From Clostridia bacterium (GTDB taxonomy: Bacteria > Bacillota > Clostridia > Oscillospirales > QAKW01): DNA of 64,000 bases. The number at the start of each line of letters is the position of its first letter. The stretch's first letter is position 1. Below the pieces are notes generated by a model. It ran no database searches, was not told where the DNA came from, and worked only from the letters and a program-made list of their open reading frames with translations. Both the position numbers and the translations under genes were made by a program. The stretch lies in assembly GCA_017440465.1 (NCBI GenBank), contig JAFSHF010000024.1, forward strand, positions 298 to 64,297. Direction: 5' to 3'. Shown here one piece after another: positions 57,794 to 64,000 of this stretch.

Positions 57794-59020
57794 TTATTCA
57801 AAGCAGCTGCGGATGACCTCGATGATCACATCCTGCTGCTCAGGGGTCATCTTATTATCGCTGGGCAGGCATAAGCCCCGCTCAAATAAGTCCATACCGA
57901 CGTCTTCACCTGCGCCGGCGATATAGGCGTTGGTGCAGGCGCGTCCGTCTCCCTTTCGGGTGACAAAATCGTGCATCCGGAAGATCGGCTGCATATGCAT
58001 CGGCTTCCAGATAGGGCGCCCCTCCGCATTGATCGCCGCGAGCTTTTCCAAAATCTCTGTCGGGCAGGATTTGCCGGGTTCGGAGATATAGAGCGCATCG
58101 GTCTCACTGCGCACTTGCTTACACATCGCATCCCGATCAATGATCATACAACTAAGCCAGAAGTTCGGCTCGGCGTTTTGTTCATCATAAGGATTCATTT
58201 GGATGGGCAGATCCTTGAGCCCTTCTTTATAGCGCATATAGATCGCTTTTTTCTGGGCAATATGCTCTTCCAAATAGGGAAGCTGACCGCGGACCACACC
58301 GGCAATGACGTTGCTCATCCGATAGTTATAACCGATTTCTTCGTGCTGATACCAAGCGGCATTTTCACGGCTTTGGGTGGACCATTTTCTTGCTTTATTC
58401 GCCTGCTCGATATCATTGGTCAGCAACATACCGCCGGAAGAACCGGTAATGATCTTATTGCCGTTGAAAGAAACAATGCTCAGATCACCAAAGGTGCCGG
58501 TCTGCTTCCCCTTATAGGTTGCGCCCATCGATTCTGCCGCATCTTCGATCAGGATGGCATGGTGCTTATCGCAGATGGCGCGGATCTCATCCAGCTTGCC
58601 GGGTACACCATACAGATTGACCAAAACCACGTGCTTGACATCAGGATGCAATTCAAAGGCCTTTCCCAACGCCGCAGGATCCATATTCCAGGTATCCATC
58701 TCGGTATCGATGAAGATCGGAATGCCGCCCTCATATACCACAGGGTTTACCGTCGCGGCAAAGGTGACATCTGAGCAGAAGACCTTGGTGCCCCGAGAGA
58801 TCCCCGCCAGCTTCATACATAAATGCAAGGCCGAGGTGCCGGAAGCCAAACCGACCGCATACTTACATCCGATCTTTTCGGCGACGATCCGCTCGACTTC
58901 ATTGATGTTTTCCCCTACCGTAGACATCCAGTTGGTCTCATATGCTTTTTGGACGTATGCCAATTCCTCTCCGTGCATTGTAGGTGTTGCGAGCCAAACT
59001 TTATTTTCAAAAGCGTTCAT
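57794..59020 (-). CDS. DegT/EpsN/PglE-type sugar aminotransferase (408 aa)
   Basis: PLP lysine in SFNGNKIITGSSGGML. First gene of the locus. Confidence 0.85.
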   Translation of the reverse strand: MNAFENKVWLATPTMHGEELAYVQKAYETNWMSTVGENINEVERIVAEKIGCKYAVGLASGTSALHLCMKLAGISRGTKVFCSDVTFAATVNPVVYEGGIPIFIDTEMDTWNMDPAALGKAFELHPDVKHVVLVNLYGVPGKLDEIRAICDKHHAILIEDAAESMGATYKGKQTGTFGDLSIVSFNGNKIITGSSGGMLLTNDIEQANKARKWSTQSRENAAWYQHEEIGYNYRMSNVIAGVVRGQLPYLEEHIAQKKAIYMRYKEGLKDLPIQMNPYDEQNAEPNFWLSCMIIDRDAMCKQVRSETDALYISEPGKSCPTEILEKLAAINAEGRPIWKPMHMQPIFRMHDFVTRKGDGRACTNAYIAGAGEDVGMDLFERGLCLPSDNKMTPEQQDVIIEVIRSCFE

Positions 59021-59089
59021 TTATTCTTCCATCCTTTTAACGATGTTCTGCACTGCATATTTATTACATAGCACAATGTTTCATTGTAT

Positions 59090-59118
59090 ATTATATACTA
59101 CTCATCGATTTTTTTCAA
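59090..59118 (-). promoter_or_regulatory. Sigma-A type promoter of the glycan operon
   Basis: Minus strand reads TTGAAA (59118-59113), a 17-nt spacer, then TATAAT (59095-59090), about 70 nt upstream of ATG 59020. Confidence 0.5.
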
Positions 59119-59170
59119 GTCTTTATATAATAATATATTATATTTATACTCACTTGTCTTCCTAATCTCC

Positions 59171-59263
59171 GGTGCCTTATTATTTGCGATCTTTACCTTC
59201 TTTCCGCCCAATATCCCGCTCTTTCGGGACCCCATTACAATGCAATACGGTATCATTTCATAA
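59171..59263 (+). pseudogene. Orphan 3' fragment of a gene homologous to 40311..40844
   Basis: Reads GALLFAIFTFFPPNIPLFRDPITMQYGIIS-stop. No start codon or N-terminal body lies upstream. Both nucleotide differences from the intact copy within the shared coding part are synonymous. Confidence 0.7.
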
Positions 59264-59294
59264 AAACAGCCTTGGAATCTTTTGATTCCAAGGC
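59191..59294 (+). repeat. Direct repeat, right copy
   Basis: 98/104 identity to 40772-40875 (hand alignment). Confidence 0.9.
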
Positions 59295-59300
59295 TGTTTC

Positions 59301-60203
59301 TTATTTGATTTCAACATAAATATCGCCGGTGTCGGTGATGATTTCGCATTTGCCGCCGCTTGCGGTCTTGGGTGTGGTCACACTACCGGTATCGGTTTCG
59401 GTAAAGAAGATCTTTTCGGTGAGCAGGGTGCCCCGCACATCGCCGGTATCGGTCTTGATAAAGATCTCTGCCGCATCGCAATCCCAAAGGCGAACCCGAC
59501 CGGTACTGCGCTTAACGGAAAGGGCTCCGTCCGCCACGGTATTTTTCAAGGTGATATCACCGGTAGAGCCGATGGACTCCAAGCTCTTGCAGGCGATATT
59601 TTCCAAAGTACTATCGCCGGTGGAGACTTCCAGCTCCAGCGCACCTATTTTACCGTCTTTCAGGTGGATCTCCCCTGTACTCGTTCGGATCTTCATCCGC
59701 TCAGCGGCAGAGGCGTAGCAATTTACTCTACCGGTGCTCTGGTTGATCTCAACATTTTGAAATTCAAGGTCATTTTTGATGAGCGTATTGCCGGTGGTGG
59801 TGCGGACGGTAAGGGTGTCGTAGGTCTTCTTCGGCAGATAGACGGTAATTTCGAGGCTTTGGAAGGAGATGCCGATATGATCATACCATTTGCGTTCATC
59901 CTGCAGTTCGATCGATAAGGTATCCCCTACCATCGAAACGGTGTGTTTTGCTTTGGTATGTTCGTAACATTCTACCCTTAGTTCCCCATCACTCGACGGA
60001 TAAAAATAAACATTGGCGGTATCGGTTTTCAGGGTTATATTTTGGACCTCTTCTTCCAATTGATATTTATTCATCTCAAAGGATTCATACTTTAAGGTCT
60101 CATAATTCCAATCCACCGCCATCGATGCCCCCGCAAAAAGCGCACCGCCGACCAAAATCAACGCTACGGCGAGGATCAAAGCAATTTTCGTTGTTTTTTT
60201 CAT
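59301..60203 (-). CDS. DUF4097-family beta-helix repeat protein (putative adhesin-like)
   Basis: N-terminal TM anchor and repeated STGD/TDTGD beta-strand units. Third gene of the PadR-DUF1700-DUF4097 module. Confidence 0.8.
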   Translation of the reverse strand: MKKTTKIALILAVALILVGGALFAGASMAVDWNYETLKYESFEMNKYQLEEEVQNITLKTDTANVYFYPSSDGELRVECYEHTKAKHTVSMVGDTLSIELQDERKWYDHIGISFQSLEITVYLPKKTYDTLTVRTTTGNTLIKNDLEFQNVEINQSTGRVNCYASAAERMKIRTSTGEIHLKDGKIGALELEVSTGDSTLENIACKSLESIGSTGDITLKNTVADGALSVKRSTGRVRLWDCDAAEIFIKTDTGDVRGTLLTEKIFFTETDTGSVTTPKTASGGKCEIITDTGDIYVEIK

Positions 60204-60802
60204 ACTGCTTTCCCCTTTCGCACAATGGCATTTTTTATGATCCGGATCGGCAGTTTCGTCAGCCAGATCAAGCCCTTGGTTGCCAACTTACAGCCAAAAA
60301 AGAGCAAGATCGACACACCGATGCAGGCAAGACCTGCGCCGATCAGAATGAGACCTGTGATGATCGGATTGATACCGATAAAATAGATCCCACCGGCCAA
60401 AATGCCGAGACCGCTGACCGCCACCGCCGCAAAGGATGCCCAAAGAGAAAGGATGACCGACCAAAGGGAGATATACACCGCAAATACCACCGAAACAGCA
60501 GCGAGCAACAGAGAAAGCCAAAGAGGTGACCCCAGCACCAGCAGGGCGATCACCCAACCGCTCATGCGTTTTTTGGGTTTGATCTTTTCTTTGACCAAGG
60601 TTGCCAGCGGAATCTCCGCCACGATTTGCGCGATGATCTCCTCCGCCGAGCCCACCGCCGCCACCGCATCTTCTTCCGAACAGCCTTCTTCGATGCGGTC
60701 TTCGATCATTTCGCTATAGAACAGCAACCGCTCCTCCAGCTCCGCTTGGGGGAGTCCCGCCAACCCTTGGCGCAGTTGCGTCAAAAATTCCTTTTTATTC
60801 AT
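60200..60802 (-). CDS. DUF1700-family membrane protein
   Basis: MNKKEFLTQLRQGLAGLPQAELEERLLFYSEMIEDRIEEG N-terminal domain followed by a TM bundle. ATG 60802. Confidence 0.75.
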   Translation of the reverse strand: MNKKEFLTQLRQGLAGLPQAELEERLLFYSEMIEDRIEEGCSEEDAVAAVGSAEEIIAQIVAEIPLATLVKEKIKPKKRMSGWVIALLVLGSPLWLSLLLAAVSVVFAVYISLWSVILSLWASFAAVAVSGLGILAGGIYFIGINPIITGLILIGAGLACIGVSILLFFGCKLATKGLIWLTKLPIRIIKNAIVRKGKAV

Positions 60803-61112
60803 CGCTGTCCTCCTTTGCAATGAAGCTTGCGATTGCTTTCATTTCTTTCCATTCTTCTTTAAATTCTTCGATCCGCCGCACGCCTGCCGCGGTAATATGA
60901 TAATATTTCCGCAGTCTGCCGCAATGCTCCGCGGTGCGCACGGTCAACATCCGGGCGGTCTCCAGCCGCTTCAGAATGGTATATAAGGTGGATTCGGAAA
61001 GTTCCACATAAGGTTTGAGATCCTTGATGATCTTATATCCGTAGGAATCCGCGCTTTTGATCGCCGCCAAGACGCAAACGTCCAAAAGCCCGCGTTTTAA
61101 TTGAATATCCAC
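60795..61112 (-). CDS. PadR-family transcriptional regulator
   Basis: LDVCVLAAIKSADSYGYKIIKDL...STLYTILKRLE. Confidence 0.9.
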   Translation of the reverse strand: MDIQLKRGLLDVCVLAAIKSADSYGYKIIKDLKPYVELSESTLYTILKRLETARMLTVRTAEHCGRLRKYYHITAAGVRRIEEFKEEWKEMKAIASFIAKEDSDE

Positions 61113-61171
61113 AGAATACCCCCTCTCACGATATACATCGTATCACGAAGTATAGATTTTGTCAAGCGATT

Positions 61172-61705
61172 TTATCGGCCTCTGTATTCTTGCTTCAGCA
61201 CTTCTGCCATCTCTTCCGGCGATTCTTGGCAGCCGCCGGCCAGCCACAGCTTGATGATAGCATTCAAGCCGTTTCGAAAAAACTCAATATGATATTTGAT
61301 GTTGCCGTCCAACTGCTCTTTTTCTGCCCGCTTGGGATCATACACCGAAACCAGATGCTTATCGTCATAGCATAGTTTAAAATAGGTATTATAAAACAGT
61401 TGATTTTCCTTAATATGAGTAAACATTTTCAGCGCGCCGCTGCGCTCATTAAAATAATCATAATCGGCAAAGAGATTGGAAAACTCCTTTTCTAAAATCT
61501 CCCGTGTCTGATCCGCAAGATCAAAAATATCCATATAATTCGCATAAAAGGTACTGCGATTCAGCCCTGCTCTTTTAATAATATCCGATACGGTAATCTC
61601 CTTGATCTCCCGCTCCTGCAGCAGCCCGATAAACGCCCGCTCGATCTTTTCCCGCGATGCGCGGCGGCGTTTATTATTTTTCACATTCATTGGTTTTTCC
61701 TCCAT
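61172..61705 (-). CDS. TetR/AcrR-family transcriptional regulator
   Basis: HTH ITVSDIIKRAGLNRSTFYANY. The start may be ATG 61690 (MNVKNN). Confidence 0.85.
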   Translation of the reverse strand: MEEKPMNVKNNKRRRASREKIERAFIGLLQEREIKEITVSDIIKRAGLNRSTFYANYMDIFDLADQTREILEKEFSNLFADYDYFNERSGALKMFTHIKENQLFYNTYFKLCYDDKHLVSVYDPKRAEKEQLDGNIKYHIEFFRNGLNAIIKLWLAGGCQESPEEMAEVLKQEYRGR

Positions 61706-61813
61706 TATTCCAACACTTGTTGCAATTTTGATGATTGTTTTGCTTTGGTGAAAAGATTATACTATAAATGCAATAAAAGAACAAGTGTCGGTTTAATGAA
61801 AGGAGATTTCAAA

Positions 61814-62182
61814 ATGAAAAAGAGTAGTTTTGTTGCACTCATTATGGGAACGGTAAGCGGTGTGCTTTTCGCACTTGGTATGTGTATGGCTCTTCTGCCT
61901 GAATGGGATGCCTTTGCAGAAGGTGTAGTTTTCGGAGCAGTTGGTATTGTGTTCGGTATTATCACGGCACTTATCTGGTGCAAAATGGAAAACAAAAAGT
62001 TGCCGAAAATGAATGGAAAAAACGTATTCCGCACCATATATGCCATTGTTGCTGTCTTAGTTTTGGGCGTAGGGATGTGTATGTGCCTTGTGTGGGAGCA
62101 AATTATTTGGGGCACACTCGTCGGTTTGCTTGGTATCATTATGCTGATTGCTCTCATTCCGATGATTAAGGGCATCCGATGA
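61814..62182 (+). CDS. Small membrane protein (about 122 aa)
   Basis: ATG 61814 follows AAGGAG. Four hydrophobic segments. Divergent from TetR. Confidence 0.55.
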   Translation: MKKSSFVALIMGTVSGVLFALGMCMALLPEWDAFAEGVVFGAVGIVFGIITALIWCKMENKKLPKMNGKNVFRTIYAIVAVLVLGVGMCMCLVWEQIIWGTLVGLLGIIMLIALIPMIKGIR

Positions 62183-62997
62183 ACGCATTAAATCTTGTAA
62201 AAAATCCTTATACAAGTCTTGCGCTGAATGCCGCTTATGCGCTTGGAAACTGTTTTATCGGTTTTCTCACACATTCGTGGTGGTTTATTACAGTCGGTGC
62301 GTATTATACCGTACTTGCTATTACAAGATTTTCTGTATTGCAGGTCCGACGAAGAGCAAACGGCAACTATGATACCGAGCTTTTTGCACGGCGTATTACG
62401 GGAATTTTATTGGTGGTGCTTTCATTCTGCATCGTAGGGGTGAACATCCTATCCGCCATCAAAGAGCGGGGTACCGCCTTCCACGAAATTTTGATGATCA
62501 CCATCGCCACCTATACCTTTACCAAAATCACATTGGCAATCATCGGGATGGTAAAGGCTTCCCGCACCCTCTCCCCCGCATTAAAAACCCTGCGCAACAT
62601 TGCATTGGCGGATGCATTTGTTTCCATTTATACAATGCAGCGGTCGATGCTCGTCTCCTTCCCCGGAATGGAGCCGAAGGAAATTCAATTATTTAATATT
62701 TTAACCGGGACAGCGGTATGGTTGATCCTTCTGCTGCTCGGAATCAATCTGATCGGAGGAAAATATACAGAAATGGCTAAATCAAAACTCATCGAAGCCA
62801 ACAAAAAAATTGCAGAGGCGACCACCGAGGGCTTCAAAAAAATTGAAAAAGGTGTGGTGGACGGATACAAAAAAATCGAGCAAGGCGTTGTTGGCGGTTA
62901 CACTAAAATCGAAGATAAGTTTGTAGACGCTTACCTCACTAAAGACGGCGAAACCGTAGAAGAAGCCAAAGCGCGCTTAAAAAAAGATAACAAGTAA
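62179..62997 (+). CDS. Membrane protein with C-terminal tandem amphipathic repeats
   Basis: ATGA overlap with the previous gene. Five to six TM segments, then EGFKKIEKGVVDGYKKIEQGVVGGYTKIEDKFVDAY. Confidence 0.55.
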   Translation: MNALNLVKNPYTSLALNAAYALGNCFIGFLTHSWWFITVGAYYTVLAITRFSVLQVRRRANGNYDTELFARRITGILLVVLSFCIVGVNILSAIKERGTAFHEILMITIATYTFTKITLAIIGMVKASRTLSPALKTLRNIALADAFVSIYTMQRSMLVSFPGMEPKEIQLFNILTGTAVWLILLLLGINLIGGKYTEMAKSKLIEANKKIAEATTEGFKKIEKGVVDGYKKIEQGVVGGYTKIEDKFVDAYLTKDGETVEEAKARLKKDNK

Positions 62998-63007
62998 TAA
63001 TAACACA

Positions 63008-63040
63008 GCCCTTCGCAAATTGCGAAGGGCATTGGTTTTT
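63008..63040 (+). terminator. Terminator hairpin
   Basis: GCCCTTCGCA-AAT-TGCGAAGGGC followed by ATTGGTTTTT. Confidence 0.6.
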
Positions 63041-63124
63041 ACCGAATATACCCTTAATTCCCCTTGCAATCATTTCCTTATAGGTGTATAATGGGAAAGC
63101 AAATATAAAAAAGAGGTAGAAAAT

Positions 63125-64000
63125 ATGAATCTTGTGTCGTTACTTGTCTTGATCGCGGTGATTGCCGCCGCCTTCATTTTTAAGGTCAATACCGGCCTTG
63201 CCGCCATTATGGCGTCGTTGGTGCTGGTGTTTGCCACCGGTACACCGGAGAAGTTTATCCTCTCCGCCTTCGACAGTAAAATGTTTCTTATGCTGTTCGG
63301 GGTGATGTATCTCTTTTGCATCGCCCAGGAGAATAAGACTCTGGATGTTCTGGCAAGAAAAGTACTTACTCTTTGCAAGGGAAATGCAAAGATCTTCCCC
63401 ATCATTTTATTCCTGTTGGGCGCAGTCCTTTCTGCGGTCGGCCCCGGCCCGATCTCCATCACCGCTTTGATGGCGGCGATCATTGTCGCCTTGGCAAAGC
63501 AGACCGGCTGCACCCCCATCAGCCTGCTACCCTTTGGCGCGTTGGGTGCCTTTGCCGGCGGTCTTTCCCCCATCACCCCTTCGGGTATTGTGGCGGTCAC
63601 AAAAGCAACCGAATCCGGCATCCAAGGGATCGCAGGTCCTTTGAATTTGAAGATGGCACTGATCAACGCGGTGTTTGCGGCGGTTCTGTATTTCTTCGTA
63701 TTCAAGTGGCATAAGTTCAAAGTTACCACCGTTGCAGGCGCAGAAAAAAAAGTGGCGCCCTTCACCGGCAAGCAATGGGCGACTTTGGGCGGGATTGCCG
63801 CTGTCGCCGTGATGGCGTTTTTGGGCATCAATGTGGGCTTGGCGGCGATCAGCGTCGCTGTGATCCTCACCATCTTCCGTTGCGCCGACGAAGTTGCCGC
63901 GTTGAAAAAGGTCTCTTGGGGCACCCTGCTGATGATCACCGGTGTGGGCATCCTGATCTCTTTGGTCACCGAGCTGGGCGGCATTGACCTGCTCTGCACC
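63125..64000 (+). CDS. Anion/ion permease of the ArsB/NhaD (citrate-transporter-like) superfamily, 5' part; runs off the right edge
   Basis: Own translation from ATG 63125: MNLVSLLVLIAVIAAAFIFKVNTGLAAIMASL...GPGPISITALMAAIIVALAKQTG... 292 codons with no stop. Absent from the track because it is open-ended. The track instead shows a spurious antisense ORF (63070..63999). Confidence 0.7.
   Translation, partial: MNLVSLLVLIAVIAAAFIFKVNTGLAAIMASLVLVFATGTPEKFILSAFDSKMFLMLFGVMYLFCIAQENKTLDVLARKVLTLCKGNAKIFPIILFLLGAVLSAVGPGPISITALMAAIIVALAKQTGCTPISLLPFGALGAFAGGLSPITPSGIVAVTKATESGIQGIAGPLNLKMALINAVFAAVLYFFVFKWHKFKVTTVAGAEKKVAPFTGKQWATLGGIAAVAVMAFLGINVGLAAISVAVILTIFRCADEVAALKKVSWGTLLMITGVGILISLVTELGGIDLLCT

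Noticed and set aside
40876-59190. The repeat-bounded segment as a prophage, ICE or transposon
   Set aside because: No integrase, recombinase, transposase, relaxase, T4SS or phage structural ORF is present. Only the repeat footprint and the lower G+C support mobility, so it is reported as an island or replacement locus rather than a defined mobile element.
63070-63999. 309-aa minus-strand ORF at the right edge
   Set aside because: The plus strand carries an SD and an ATG at 63125, follows a terminator, and translates to a coherent polytopic permease. The minus-strand product is Ala/Thr/Pro-rich with no motif.

Overview
No similarity search, RNA folding or composition scan could be run. All calls rest on reading the sequence, the ORF track and recalled family motifs. 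The window looks like chromosome from an endospore-forming Firmicute of the class Clostridia (taxon is a guess), based on yabP-yabQ-divIC, ricT/yaaT and spoVAC/AD/AE. Backbone G+C is about 55-60% by eye. Backbone genes include pyrC-carB-pyrK-pyrD, a small ferredoxin, holB, a FemAB-type transferase, two ABC systems, coaD-rsmD-uvrC, thrH, pnuC, tandem CNNM genes and PadR/TetR modules. Four things interrupt this backbone. (1) An 18.4-kb lower-GC segment (about 40.9-59.2 kb) is bounded by a 104-nt direct repeat that duplicates the 3' end and terminator of a membrane-protein gene. It carries a LysR regulator, a DctM-like permease and a 14-gene Wzx/Wzy glycan locus. That locus has four ATP-grasp ligases and three DegT-fold PLP enzymes but only one GT2 glycosyltransferase, and it is the best candidate for unusual biology. 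(2) Two diverged, oppositely oriented copies of a ~280-bp element with terminal inverted repeats (MITE-like) are present. One lies 15 nt upstream of the pyrC start codon. The other lies inside the glycan operon, where it supplies a stop codon. (3) A 4.6-kb AT-rich threonine-to-glycine module (tdh, kbl, UPF0126 channel, LysR, SGNH hydrolase) is bracketed by two near-identical hairpins. (4) A DUF559 endonuclease-like gene is framed by inverted self-complementary motifs, next to an AT-rich lipoprotein/XRE pair. I also note a consensus promoter followed by a ~140-nt RNA and a terminator upstream of the pyr operon. I saw no rRNA, tRNA, CRISPR array, integrase or transposase gene.
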